From a virus (lineage: Duplodnaviria > Caudoviricetes): a stretch of 64,000 nucleotides of DNA. The position numbers and the translations under genes are program-made. The notes under the pieces were generated by a model, which saw only the letters and a program-made list of their open reading frames with translations, searched no databases and had not been told where the DNA came from. Each line of letters opens with the position of its first letter. Position 1 is the stretch's first letter. The stretch is from IMG/VR virus record IMGVR_UViG_2756170261_000003, positions 33,021 to 97,020 of that record; one strand, 5' to 3'. Positions 11,601 through 20,274 of the stretch are shown one piece after another.

Positions 11601-12304
11601 TCAATTACCGCGCCATCCGGGGCCGTAGCGCCGAATATGCCCGTGCCGGCGCTCGGGTCAAGAACCTTGCCGCCCTCGAATCCCATTTCAGCCAGCAACG
11701 ACCAAACGCCAACGGCCAGGGGCTTCGGGGTGTAATACTCGTACTGGCTCCCCACCTTGCCATCAGCGCCTGTCATGCCACCGCCATTGCCCGAATACTG
11801 GGCGAGAATCCGGCGGTGTTCGTCCGTGACTTCGGCAATGGCCCCCATTTCGATCTGCGAAAGCAAATCCATGGCGTCCCGGTTCGCGCGCTTGCGCTGG
11901 GAAGCCTTGATGTCGGGGTTGAACTCGAACAGGGTTGCGGGCGGCGCGTCCGGCTCATTTACAATGGCCGGCGGCTCTTCCTGGGCTGTGACGGGTTCTG
12001 ACGGCTGACCATGCTCAAGGGGCGCAGCGGTAGCGCCGTTCAGCTTCTGCACGATTTCACGCATGCGAACGGCCAGCTTCAATTTCTCCATCAGGTCTGA
12101 CGGTTCATCGCCAAGCTGGCCCATGCTGCGCAGCAGGCCGGAAAGCTCGCCAGCGAGGCGCAAGGTCTCGATGGAGGGCATTCCGCTTACCTTGTCCAGG
12201 GCAACGCCAGAAAGCGCCAGCGTTGCCGCCTGGATAATTTCACCGATTGCCGGCGGCTCCTGCATTACTTCTTCGGCTGTGAGGTCGCCGGCATGTTGCG
12301 TCAT
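5696..12304 (-). CDS. darB: DarB-like virion-delivered N6-methyltransferase/SNF2 helicase
   Basis: 2202 aa; VLDPSAGTG and NVPF MTase motifs; FDVGLGKT, DEAH, TATP, QRNGRGARQGN helicase motifs. Confidence 0.9.
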   Translation of the reverse strand: MTQHAGDLTAEEVMQEPPAIGEIIQAATLALSGVALDKVSGMPSIETLRLAGELSGLLRSMGQLGDEPSDLMEKLKLAVRMREIVQKLNGATAAPLEHGQPSEPVTAQEEPPAIVNEPDAPPATLFEFNPDIKASQRKRANRDAMDLLSQIEMGAIAEVTDEHRRILAQYSGNGGGMTGADGKVGSQYEYYTPKPLAVGVWSLLAEMGFEGGKVLDPSAGTGIFGATAPDGAVIDAVELDQTSGRINQLINAKNNVTISAFESVAANTPDEIYDAVVTNVPFGDVAARGKERFKDERYQHESLEGYFILRSLEKLRPRGLAAFICSKGFVSNRGAKESKLRFAASLKAEFMGAYRLPNKMFEAGGADVVTDVLVFRKFDHDTIDKIAELQQQNPDALRSANVLWEPFLEGKYFQDEGRRFILGETAIGTGRWGEVERVVNDDSIGNISRLLRRFGESRINWEALGAAETRAITYTNGDTVTSAGVTYQYRDGTFVAVKAPEGDAAQADTLLRVSTALDALGSRTGWAESSALVDGLAARSDYDSIPPWLNSAVRAIRSQFPEAERDQAYSVIRTALALQEALQSHSSEEPFAYAESYPGLTADIKVAARAARKLPKSLPSNIKDALKLLSPGVVYTVRSDEFTPRWTGTAPAQVEATPLTPTQQYERAKYEQADENGFIPLAVLRETMGADFDPFVSDDWCVSADGQGAMSADDYYAGNYAEFLARTNAEILAVEDEALRAKLVAQRQAAEGRLVKTDVGELSFNLSSPYIEIARKVEFLRKYVDPGFSLLVGGADGPEVRFDQTQSKLARNSEQLRNMRRFADYIKNGTLSTRTTQAEKEDDPEVERSRVERLRELISSSNQQFDAWARANPAIQAELNSRFADPENLYFRQPDDESPLEIPGLNPAFQPHGYQNAAIRQYARRMSGILGFDVGLGKTFTALTAVQHIHAIGVKRKTFFVVPNATLTNWRKETMACYSDTSDCLFVGMDVAEDGTATVNSSNYVRDLNAILNNEHRKIYMTLEAFSMIPLREETRESYAQYLTTVDESFDASSITSKSESVKTEGKLEKAVQGAGKGSAAVPFFEDMGVDSIVIDEAHSYKNSKTTTDFQGAKYLSAPTVSNRGMDAQIKTWYIRGQSKLNDGVLALTATPITNSPLEIYSMLTLAVGEAEVNRRMGGVRGADAFMEAFCDISEETTTSLAGVERMNRVFRGLNNTALLRNVLGEVATIRSAVEVGLKVPGIDPVPVPVSLSEPPIMAELRRLQAVYSAASAMQREKDVLPEEEAAVHAEMERTGETLELLAHPFNFINKVTKLIADPELADQSTVFLITDATKAKKAVEQFNKRAVREERSRRTPLLKDENIVKRVIKKSGDNDYEVLTVKVAAQIDDDRIVIDTETYSTQLEFIKIADKLGLSLDATIPPKIAAFLENFQREQATPSAGGAAKQLVFCDMLGLHNKLKLLLTTRAGVSASAISIINGEAVRDPADMQDIQDGFNANGEDNRYRVIIANKKAEVGINLQKGTQAIHHLTVGWTPDSIHQRNGRGARQGNVVDAVRAYFYDAIGTFDQYKRQIVSKKSDWIGELMSGTGNKVQVSAGMSRQDIEMLAEAAGSEEGMRRVQERIATREAEERRRAAQEALASNVQNMIAQRAIVDRYPNVGSFLAERVADAAETYLLVTKAEARLAAAEKAEDEGRISRAQVALNKAKAAYEKLAEPIRASIRIDGSGSYDTLEKALSQSSWMLRTRGSYEVKGIDREQVISSVSNVANGNRYYGLKFEVVEDGPVSQDWEIEISTAEQLAKQSEEKAAKLCGPAGVKDDRIEQVKGGQARVVRGQIVGAGDFVLDRLDNLWIMESSDKAYRLDVEGGRKYTANADILLTGNIVAKEHADYRACVARAAKEDDALIARMGGALTSGAQGYFSFNTDVRDALQARPKMKAEARTIRFAEPMFPHLYRGETQGDPLLDRITTEQRGIVEIQDNYAIFEADAVESDGGYVGSPQLASDLVAYAIRHGVQVSYVAASEILGVRDSSKHIANALDRVIGAPSAEAFNAALEAVDTVEAIDALAEDFLARHYKAMQIGPNEAWFTLAPWQFSAMMRRREAQLTPPEPEVVPEPQEPAAQPSGGDPNELVAIIGDTKAFKDTIKSVALSMGIKAIFRGKYPNRSLPSAPQNSWVVPRKVYDRLLDTHADGVRRNSITIA

Positions 12305-12308
12305 TTGG

Positions 12309-15300
12309 TTAGGCTCCAGAAAGGGCGGCGCTGGCCGCTTTGGTCATCTGTGCGATGTAAGCGCGGGTAGCGTCAGCCCAAAGGGCCTCCATTTCCTGAT
12401 TACCGGCGTTTTCATTGCGAATGGCCTCAAGCTTCGCAGGTACGTCGCCGTCCAAAGCGTCCGTTTTTCCTTCAATCACAGCTTGAAGGAACGTTTTCGC
12501 CTGACCCTCTCCCGATGCTTCCGCCTGGGGTTCTGCCTGGGCCTCTGCGCGCGCGATCAGAAACGCGGCATAGTCCATGCCGGTCTTCGTGGTTTGCCGC
12601 TCTTCGAGGTATCGCCCGTCTTCCGCCTCCAAGCGTCGGCGGCCATCATGGGAAACGACCTTGTAGCCGTCAGCTACGCGGCTATCCACCAGCGATTTGC
12701 GCGTAATGACAGCCCCGGCACTCTTTACCTGCGCTACGAGCGCCAGCCTTGTCCTCTCGGCGTTCGCGGGCGTCATGCCGCTGGTGAATTCGGCAATCTC
12801 TGCGTTGACCTTATCGGCTTGCTCGGCTGCTCTGGCGTCTCTTTCTGCGCGAAGGCGTCGGGTCTCTTCGGCCTCCGCCTGCTCTGCCGCATATTCAGGC
12901 GTCAGTCGGTATTCGTCCGTCTTGATCGTGTCTTCTATATCGTCCACGCGATACCGGCGAACCTCGCCGCTGCCGTCTCCCCCAAGGGTCTCAACCTCAT
13001 ACATGTCTCCCGTGGGGTGCTGAATGCGCTGCGCAATACGCTGGCGGCCATACGTTGAATCCCACTCGCGGCCAATGTTGGGGTCTGCTGGCGTTTCGAT
13101 CATGGCAATGAGCCAGTCGATCATGCTGGGCGCATCGTCATCGGAATACATGGCCGTGATGCCGCTCGGCGTCTTCACGCGGTCGCCGCCATCCTCGCCC
13201 ACGAACACCATGGCCTTGCCGTCGCCGCCCATGTCGATTCGACCGATGACGTTGCCGCCCTTACGGATTTTGCCGACATACGACTGTTCGCCCGCCGAAT
13301 CCAGCGCAGCATCTGGCGTATGCTCTACGATTTCTTCCAACGGTTCGCCATCGGACGCGAAGGTCTGGCCTATCTCGCCTTCGTCAACGGCGAATTCGGC
13401 CAGAATGTCCATGGCTTCACGAATGCTTGCGGCAACGTCTTCCTCAAGCGCCGCCTGTTCGGCATTGCCCTCGGCGGCATTGATCGGCGCATTGTTCTCC
13501 ACCACATCGAGCGCGACTTGAAGCTGGGCCACGGCATGGCCCACATCGTCAAGGACGGTTCCGCCAAAGAATCCCCATTCGACGCTTGCGCCGTGGCGTT
13601 TGGCGGCTTCATCCATGACCCGTGCGGATTGGAATGGCGAATAGTCGGATTCATCCACCGAGGCGCTTAGCCAGGCCTTGAACTCCTTTGAGGCGTTCTC
13701 GAACTGGTAGGCGGCATCAACAGACGCCGCCTTTTCGGCGTCTTCGTCAACCGGGGCGGAAATGTCAGCGCCCACGGCTTCCAGCGCCTGGCGTAGGCCA
13801 CCAAAGATAGCGGCATCGCGGAAAAACGCATTGAAGGCCTTGGCGCGCGTAACGGTGCGCAAGGCGTTGCCATTTTTCATGCCGTACGTGGTCGCAGCGC
13901 CACGCTTGCTTGTGCCGATTTCTTGATAGCCTTCCGCAAACGCATCAATGACGAACTTCTGGCCAGTAACGATGCCGGAATCTGTTTGCACCTTCACGCT
14001 GTTCAGGAACGCCCATCCGTCCTTCACATTTTCAAGGTCTCGGCTCGCCTTGCGCTCGGCATCCTTGTTGGCTTGAATCTCTGCGCGCTGTTCAGGCGAT
14101 ATTCCTGCCCATTCGTCAATCTGGCGGGCGCGCTCTTTTTGGGTCTTGCCAAGCTTGATGCCGGTTGATCGGGCAAATACCTCTGCGCTGGCCTTGTTTC
14201 TGTCGCTACCAACACTGGCAAGAATTCGGCGCAGGTAATCCGCATCCTTGCCGTCAATGGCATTAACAAGGCGCATAATCCATTCGCTACGCCCGCCCAC
14301 CTCAATACCATGCTTTCGATATATGGCAATGGCGGCACCGGCCAGCGGCGCGTCATCAGGCAATGCGGCGAGTTCCGCCGCGCCCGCTTCCTGTAGCTTT
14401 TCCTTCGCAATTGCACGAAGGCGGTCAACCAATTCGCGATACGCCTGGTTGGCGGCGCTGTTGGCGGCGTATTCAGGGGTATCGTGCAAGATAGACAGGC
14501 GGGAATCCCATGACTTGATGCCGGCGGCCTCAAGTGCATCGCGCGCCCGGAATATGTAGCCGTCTTCGCCCCTCGGGTTTACGGCATCGCCCAAGCGGCG
14601 CTCTTCGGCCTTGGCCTGCTCTGAATCCGCAATCGCCTCAATATCTACCGAAGCCACCAGGGCGTTTATACGCTCGGCCTCTTTGCCCCATGCCTTGATG
14701 TAGGCATCAATAAGCGCCTGGTGCTCATTCTCGGGCGTGTCCGCTGGCGTTTCCTCGGTCTTTTCCCCGGCCGCTTCTGCCAGTTCGGCAAGCAAGGCAT
14801 CCGGGTCAATATCGGCAACGCTGGTGGTGTCTTCGGATACAGTGTAGCCAGCCGCGCGCATCCGATTCGCCGTCTCTTCGGCGTGTTGCGTGAGAACCTT
14901 TGCGGTTCCATCCGTCTGCTCTGCAAGCTCGCGCCAGGCATCTTCCCCGGCTTTCGTGTTCGCGTAGAACATCGTGAACATTCCGTCCACGGCCCGATAC
15001 GACAGATCCGTTTTGACCGGCGTTTCGGGCTGATCAAGTTTCAGCGTACCCGGAGCCGCAGCCGATTCTTTGGCCCACGCCTCGGTTTTCGCGTTGAACT
15101 CTTTCGCCGCCTCTGCTGCATCCTTATCGCGGCAATCCATATCGAATACGGTCTCCATGCCTGATTCCAGGGATAGATACCGCTGATTGCCGGAATTGAA
15201 CACGCCAAAGACAATGCGCGATCCGCCCGGATTCAGTTCGCCGCCGGCGGTAGCGCCCCCAACGTCCTTCTGAACCGACAGTTCGTTTTCTCGCGTCCAG

Positions 15301-16970
15301 CCGTGCGCCGTAACCAGCATGCCCAGTATTTGCACCGAGTAGTGCGGCTCTTCGATGGGCGCGAACGTCTGGTCGTTGCTGAAATCATGCTCACCAACCG
15401 CATACCTTGATGCATTGCCAGGCTTAAAGAAGTACGGCACGCCGTCTTTTTCGACGTACACGTTCTCCGCGCCCACTTCGTCAATGCGCGCCACGCCAAG
15501 CGCTTGCAATTTCTCTTGCGTGTCGATTTCGCTGGCCTTAGACCAGTCGATTGCCGGGGCCGCCGCCGGTTCCGGGTCTGCCCCCATGACGGCGCGCGCA
15601 GCATCCTGCGGGCTGCTCTGCTTGACCCATTCAGCATCCACGGCATCGGGATTGACCTCAATTGCGCCCTGCGCATCCGAACGGCTCATGCTCCAGCCGC
15701 TTTCAATGGCCTCAAGAACCGATTCCTCCCACACGACGCGGGCAGACCGGACGGGGCGGCTTTCGGCGGCGATCTTCGCCACTTCCAATTCCCGCTGCGC
15801 CTGGGTCAGCTCCGTTTCAAGCTGGGCGATTTCGGTTTTCAATCCCTCGATGGACTGCATGCGGTCGGCCCGTCGGGCGTTCGCGCGCGCGAAGGCCGCG
15901 CTGTTCTTTTCGGCCAGCTTCATGATGCGCCGCGCCACTTCCCGGACATTCAGATCATTGCCGCGCTCGGGGGCAACGACAATCGTTATGTCCTTTTTGT
16001 TCAGCATCCACTTCCACGACACCAGTTCATCGGTCGGGGCAATGCGCGTGGGCGTTACGTCCGGGTTATGGAAAAACACGGACACGGTTTGGCCGTCCGA
16101 AAGCTCGAACACGGCGGCCACGTTGGCCGTGCCGCGCTGCTTGAACGGCTCGGTAATCTGCAAGGCCGAAGGCTTCACGGTCTGGCCGGCGCGCTCCATG
16201 ACGCTGCGAATGATGTTCATCTGGCGCTCAAGGCGCTGGAACGGCACCACAAGCGCGTCCAGGGTCATGACGCTATCGGCATCGTCCATAATCTCGGCCA
16301 CGGTTACGGAGTCAAGCAACAGCCCGCCCGCGTCATTGCGGCGCACGTCATACAGAACGCGATCCAGAGTCACGCCCAGGGGGGCGGCGTTGTCATCCCA
16401 TTGAAGTTTGCGGTTCATGTCTTCTAGTCCTTCGAAAGGCAATTGGTCAGCCGATAGCGGGCGGCTCAAGTCGGAATTCTTGAGCCACCACTTGAATTGA
16501 GAAATTGAGCAAGGGATAAGGCTTTTCAGGCCCTTCCAGCCTTTGTCATAGCTACCCAGGTACGCATTGCGCGCAGCCTCTTCATCGGGGAAGGCAAGCA
16601 TGACCTTGTGTTCATCGAACCGGCCATCCCAATACTGGTTGATGACATAGACCATTTCGGACTGCGGGTAGTAGCCCACAAACACGTCCACGGCATCGCC
16701 ATCAGCGCCCTTGGTTCCGCCCACATACCCGTAATGGGCGGCCATGCGGCTTACCCAGCGCTTGCCGGCATCCGACACGCCGGTACGGTATGAGTTGCGC
16801 GGCTGTTCGATGACGATAGGCAGGCCGTAGAGCGTGAACCGGCCCATCTTGTAGTTGCCCGGCTTCTTTTGTGCGTCGGTCGGCTCAGGCAGCCGGTTAA
16901 CGCCGAAAGCGCCTTCATTTGAGGCGCTCTCGATGGTCAGGAATTGGGAGTCTGCGGGTGTCGTAGCCAT
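12309..16970 (-). CDS. darA: Polyvalent DarA-like protein: N-terminal InPase-like domain, DarA_N, variable middle, DarA_C
   Basis: 1553 aa; HYGY..GT.GADGD.VDVF...FDEHKVML (InPase-like); FELSDGQTVSVFFHNPD...WKWMLNKKDIT (DarA_N); TKTGMDYA.FL (DarA_C). Confidence 0.8.
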   Translation of the reverse strand: MATTPADSQFLTIESASNEGAFGVNRLPEPTDAQKKPGNYKMGRFTLYGLPIVIEQPRNSYRTGVSDAGKRWVSRMAAHYGYVGGTKGADGDAVDVFVGYYPQSEMVYVINQYWDGRFDEHKVMLAFPDEEAARNAYLGSYDKGWKGLKSLIPCSISQFKWWLKNSDLSRPLSADQLPFEGLEDMNRKLQWDDNAAPLGVTLDRVLYDVRRNDAGGLLLDSVTVAEIMDDADSVMTLDALVVPFQRLERQMNIIRSVMERAGQTVKPSALQITEPFKQRGTANVAAVFELSDGQTVSVFFHNPDVTPTRIAPTDELVSWKWMLNKKDITIVVAPERGNDLNVREVARRIMKLAEKNSAAFARANARRADRMQSIEGLKTEIAQLETELTQAQRELEVAKIAAESRPVRSARVVWEESVLEAIESGWSMSRSDAQGAIEVNPDAVDAEWVKQSSPQDAARAVMGADPEPAAAPAIDWSKASEIDTQEKLQALGVARIDEVGAENVYVEKDGVPYFFKPGNASRYAVGEHDFSNDQTFAPIEEPHYSVQILGMLVTAHGWTRENELSVQKDVGGATAGGELNPGGSRIVFGVFNSGNQRYLSLESGMETVFDMDCRDKDAAEAAKEFNAKTEAWAKESAAAPGTLKLDQPETPVKTDLSYRAVDGMFTMFYANTKAGEDAWRELAEQTDGTAKVLTQHAEETANRMRAAGYTVSEDTTSVADIDPDALLAELAEAAGEKTEETPADTPENEHQALIDAYIKAWGKEAERINALVASVDIEAIADSEQAKAEERRLGDAVNPRGEDGYIFRARDALEAAGIKSWDSRLSILHDTPEYAANSAANQAYRELVDRLRAIAKEKLQEAGAAELAALPDDAPLAGAAIAIYRKHGIEVGGRSEWIMRLVNAIDGKDADYLRRILASVGSDRNKASAEVFARSTGIKLGKTQKERARQIDEWAGISPEQRAEIQANKDAERKASRDLENVKDGWAFLNSVKVQTDSGIVTGQKFVIDAFAEGYQEIGTSKRGAATTYGMKNGNALRTVTRAKAFNAFFRDAAIFGGLRQALEAVGADISAPVDEDAEKAASVDAAYQFENASKEFKAWLSASVDESDYSPFQSARVMDEAAKRHGASVEWGFFGGTVLDDVGHAVAQLQVALDVVENNAPINAAEGNAEQAALEEDVAASIREAMDILAEFAVDEGEIGQTFASDGEPLEEIVEHTPDAALDSAGEQSYVGKIRKGGNVIGRIDMGGDGKAMVFVGEDGGDRVKTPSGITAMYSDDDAPSMIDWLIAMIETPADPNIGREWDSTYGRQRIAQRIQHPTGDMYEVETLGGDGSGEVRRYRVDDIEDTIKTDEYRLTPEYAAEQAEAEETRRLRAERDARAAEQADKVNAEIAEFTSGMTPANAERTRLALVAQVKSAGAVITRKSLVDSRVADGYKVVSHDGRRRLEAEDGRYLEERQTTKTGMDYAAFLIARAEAQAEPQAEASGEGQAKTFLQAVIEGKTDALDGDVPAKLEAIRNENAGNQEMEALWADATRAYIAQMTKAASAALSGA

Positions 16971-16976
16971 AGCAGA

Positions 16977-17017
16977 ATCGTATGGCCCTGCACCCGCAGG
17001 AAAGGGGTACGTTTTCC
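16977..17017 (-). promoter_or_regulatory. Late promoter GGAAAA-N29-TACGAT (darA-darB-ulx)
   Basis: Motif copy; -10 lies 6 nt before the darA ATG. Confidence 0.7.
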
Positions 17018-17019
17018 GC

Positions 17020-17502
17020 CTATGCGGGCTGCGCGTTCAATGCGGCGATTTCACCGCGCACCGCCGCGATGGCCTCTTTCAGGTCGTCGCGCTTTTGCGT
17101 CAAGGCCACCTCCATGCGTGGCGCGGCAGTACGTACGCTGGGCGGCAGCTTGACCAGCGCGCGCGCCAGCTTCTTCTGGAACTTGGAGCGTCCGGCATCC
17201 AGCGACTTGACGATTTCGCCAATGGCCGCCACATGATCGTCCTGATTGCGGATCGGCAGCACCGAACCATTCACCAGCACTTGGAATATGTCGCCAGACT
17301 GTTTGATGCGAAACACGACCTTTTGAGAATCGCTCATGGTCAGCGTCATTTCGCGGTAGCTCACGCCGGAAGAGCGCTTCGGGCTGGCCGACACGTCCTG
17401 GGCGATGACATTGGCCCCGGCGCGCGCGAAATACTTGATGGCCTGCTTGGCGGCCTTGTCCTTGGTGGACATGTCTTCAAACGAAAATAGAATGTTCTTC
17501 AT
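17020..17502 (-). CDS. hdf: Hdf-like protein (stand-alone DarA_N homolog)
   Basis: 160 aa from MKNILF; MSDSQKVVFRIKQSGDIFQVLVNG; immediately upstream of darA as in P1. Confidence 0.7.
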   Translation of the reverse strand: MKNILFSFEDMSTKDKAAKQAIKYFARAGANVIAQDVSASPKRSSGVSYREMTLTMSDSQKVVFRIKQSGDIFQVLVNGSVLPIRNQDDHVAAIGEIVKSLDAGRSKFQKKLARALVKLPPSVRTAAPRMEVALTQKRDDLKEAIAAVRGEIAALNAQPA

Positions 17503-17509
17503 GGTTCCC

Positions 17510-18106
17510 TCAATGGCTATGGTGATTGCTATTTGCCCCGTCTGCGAGAATGTCGCCCGTTGCGTTGACATTGCCCTTGACGCCGATATTCCCCTCGACA
17601 GAGACCCCGGAGCCGCCGGATACGGCCATGCCGCCCTTGCCGACGATGGCCCCATCAACCAGCATGTTCCCCTTTACGTGGGTATCGGCAGCGTCAATGG
17701 TGGCGCTGGGCGCTTGCACAATGACATGCGTGCCGGACTTGATCAGGAAGTCGCCCCCCGCAATCATCCGCATGAGCGTTTCGGCCAACAACTCCATGTT
17801 TGCATGGTGCCAGCGCCGCCAGCCTGTAGAGTTTCCCGCCTGCGGGTTGCGGTATCCCGTGATGATCGGATAGCGCGGATCGCCGCCAATGAAGGCCACC
17901 CATATAGGATCGCCCGGGGTGATTTCGATTTCGGTGGTGTTTGCGCCGGCCCGCGACTTGTCGCCGATGGAATACTCGATTTCAGCCTCGGGCAGCACGT
18001 CGCCGCCGTCCGTCAGGCCCGGTATCTCAACCCGGCAGGTGCGCCGGTCGGCATCGTACGAGCGAACAATCGCCGGGTATCGGCCCGGCATCAGGCCTAT
18101 TTCCAC
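17510..18106 (-). CDS. Baseplate central spike (gp5/gpV-like)
   Basis: OB-fold start (CRVEIPGLTD, VAFIGGDPRYPII), beta-helix, C-terminal HxH (NHHSH). Confidence 0.85.
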   Translation of the reverse strand: MEIGLMPGRYPAIVRSYDADRRTCRVEIPGLTDGGDVLPEAEIEYSIGDKSRAGANTTEIEITPGDPIWVAFIGGDPRYPIITGYRNPQAGNSTGWRRWHHANMELLAETLMRMIAGGDFLIKSGTHVIVQAPSATIDAADTHVKGNMLVDGAIVGKGGMAVSGGSGVSVEGNIGVKGNVNATGDILADGANSNHHSH

Positions 18107-18109
18107 CGC

Positions 18110-19006
18110 TCATTCCTCCACGCTTCCCAGCCATAGCCGGGAATACTGGTTGCTACCGTCGCCGTCCACGTTGTTCTCGAACACATGCGCCGCCGTGATG
18201 ACGACAAGCGGCTTTTCAGAGGCCACGCTCACCACGTCGCCGGCGTTGATTTGGGCAGAAAATCCCAGCTTGGCGGTTTTCTTGAGCACCAGGCAGCGTG
18301 TCATGTTGCGCAGTCGAAGCGCGTTCTTGAATGGCGCGTACGCGGCCAGTCTGGGCTTGTCGCGGTTGCCGAACACAGCCGCCCCCGCGTCATTGGTCGA
18401 AAAGAACCACGGCACAAGATGGCGCTCAAGAAAGCCGCTGTCCACATCTTCAATGGCGTTGTCAGGGATTGCGGTAACGGGCGCTTGCTTGATCAGGTCG
18501 GGCAGCCGATAGAAGCGTAGACGCCCGGATTTCCATCGAAGCGTGCCGCCTTCCTCTTGCAGGACGCGGGCAACCTGAAACGTAGGGGTCTGGCCCACCG
18601 GGCAATAGAAGCGCGGGATTTGAAAATCGTTCTCGATGCCTTTCACGGCCGCGCCACAGGCCCGGTACGCTTCCAGCAGGGTGCAGTTTTCTTTGATGAT
18701 GGCGCGCTGGCGAACAAACGAGGCCTGATGGCAGGCATCCAGCAGCGCCGTGACGCGGATTGCGCCGCTATCGTGCTGGCCCTGGGCCTCACGGCCTACG
18801 ACGCGCTGCGCCTTGATGATACGCACCGTATCACCGTCGCGGCCTACCGTCATGGTCTTGCCCTCGGCCAGGTGCGCGCGCATTTCTTCGTCCGCCCGAA
18901 TATCGGCCTCAAACGTGAACGGCACCGGGGCCATGTCGGAGCGGGCCACGGCGGACTTGATAATGTCGCCGCGTACCTGATTGCCGTTTTCGAGGTAGAC
19001 CAGCAT
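18110..19006 (-). CDS. Putative baseplate hub protein
   Basis: 298 aa directly upstream of the spike gene. Confidence 0.55.
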   Translation of the reverse strand: MLVYLENGNQVRGDIIKSAVARSDMAPVPFTFEADIRADEEMRAHLAEGKTMTVGRDGDTVRIIKAQRVVGREAQGQHDSGAIRVTALLDACHQASFVRQRAIIKENCTLLEAYRACGAAVKGIENDFQIPRFYCPVGQTPTFQVARVLQEEGGTLRWKSGRLRFYRLPDLIKQAPVTAIPDNAIEDVDSGFLERHLVPWFFSTNDAGAAVFGNRDKPRLAAYAPFKNALRLRNMTRCLVLKKTAKLGFSAQINAGDVVSVASEKPLVVITAAHVFENNVDGDGSNQYSRLWLGSVEE

Positions 19007-19009
19007 GGC

Positions 19010-19378
19010 CTACACCGTGATGATGGGCTGATAGAACGCTCGGCGCGGCATTTCCGCTTCCATGGCGTTTATGTCCGCCGCAATCTCGGAAGCGGAGCGC
19101 CCGAACACGTCCAGGCCCAGCCCGCGCGACGCCTCAAGCTGCAAGGCGGTCTCGCGCTCGACGTACAGCAGGAACAGTGGGCGGATAAGCGCCCATTCTG
19201 AATCGCTGATTTCCGTCTCGCCGTCAACAGTCTCGGGGGCGGAAGTCAAGTATCCGTACCCGTAATAGAAGAGCGTTGCCGCCAGCGCCTGGGCCTTGAC
19301 AGCTTCATCCCCGAGAATGTTCCCAGCCTCCCGCTCCTTTTCAGAGAAACGGGCGGCCAGTTCGTCCAGCGTTGCCAT
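19010..19378 (-). CDS. Virion morphogenesis protein
   Basis: 122 aa, coupled within the tail operon. Confidence 0.6.
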   Translation of the reverse strand: MATLDELAARFSEKEREAGNILGDEAVKAQALAATLFYYGYGYLTSAPETVDGETEISDSEWALIRPLFLLYVERETALQLEASRGLGLDVFGRSASEIAADINAMEAEMPRRAFYQPIITV

Positions 19379-19878
19379 TACCGATAATCGCTCGAATTAC
19401 CGGCTTCTTTCTCGCCGAAGTAGTGGTAGAACATCGTGCCGTTGAAAAGCAGAACCTGCGAACGGTTCTCCCAGTCACGGTCGGGGTTGTCCATGACCAT
19501 GAAGCAATCCACGATGCGCTTCATGTTCAGGTATTTTTGAGGCGTACCCTCGTAGACCTTGGCATTGAACTTGCCTCCGCCAGCGATAATATCGACAAGC
19601 ATCTGATCGATAGAGCCGGCCACGGTCTCCATGAAGGCGACTTGGCCCTGATGGTTAACCCTAAGCTGTTGGGCTTCCCAGGCCGCCGCGCCAAGCGGGG
19701 TAGGCACCTCGATTTCACCGGACGGCGAAAGCTCGGGCCACGGGGCCTGCTTGCACAGCAAATAGTTCTGCTCGAAACCCTCGATTTCGAGGGTGAAGTC
19801 GGAGTTGATTACCTTCGCGCCCAGCGCCTGGCCGGCGTCATGGAACTGCTTCAAGTAATTAGCGTTGGATACCGTCAT
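19378..19878 (-). CDS. Tail tube protein (P1 BplB-like)
   Basis: 166 aa, first gene after a late promoter; tube-like size and pattern (DWENRSQVLLFNGTMFYHYFG). Confidence 0.65.
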   Translation of the reverse strand: MTVSNANYLKQFHDAGQALGAKVINSDFTLEIEGFEQNYLLCKQAPWPELSPSGEIEVPTPLGAAAWEAQQLRVNHQGQVAFMETVAGSIDQMLVDIIAGGGKFNAKVYEGTPQKYLNMKRIVDCFMVMDNPDRDWENRSQVLLFNGTMFYHYFGEKEAGNSSDYR

Positions 19879-19925
19879 GGTGGCCGCCCTTGGTGATTGA
19901 ATACGGAATAGGTGTTGGTGCTCAA

Positions 19926-19966
19926 ACTGTAGTCAACGGGGCGGGCCGGAACCCCGTTGATTTTCC
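19926..19966 (-). promoter_or_regulatory. Late promoter GGAAAA-N29-TACAGT
   Basis: Motif copy; the spacer is itself an inverted repeat TCAACGGGG/CCCCGTTGA. Confidence 0.65.
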
Positions 19967-19995
19967 AGATTCAGGGCGATCTAGGCGGATTGACG

Positions 19996-20274
19996 CTACC
20001 GCCTACCGCCCGCCGCCTTGGCAACCGTTCCCAGGCCGCGTATCACGTCATTGAGACGGTTGACGATGGCCGCCTGTAGCTTGGCGTCGGCCTCCCTGGC
20101 GCGCTTCCAGTCAGAGAATGGCTTGCCGTCAAAGAATGCCTTTGCCATGGATGGCGTCATCGTCATGGCCTCGGTAATGGGCGTGTTCGCGTACAGGGTC
20201 AGACTGGCGGCCAGTTCCACCAGGGATTCAGACCAACTGGAGCACGATGCTCGCGAGGCCGGAACGTACCGGAA
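19996..20274 (-). CDS. Putative frameshift extension (GT-like) of the upstream tail chaperone
   Basis: Open +1 frame overlapping the 3' end of 20228..20983; no convincing own start. Confidence 0.45.
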   Translation of the reverse strand, partial: FRYVPASRASCSSWSESLVELAASLTLYANTPITEAMTMTPSMAKAFFDGKPFSDWKRAREADAKLQAAIVNRLNDVIRGLGTVAKAAGGRR

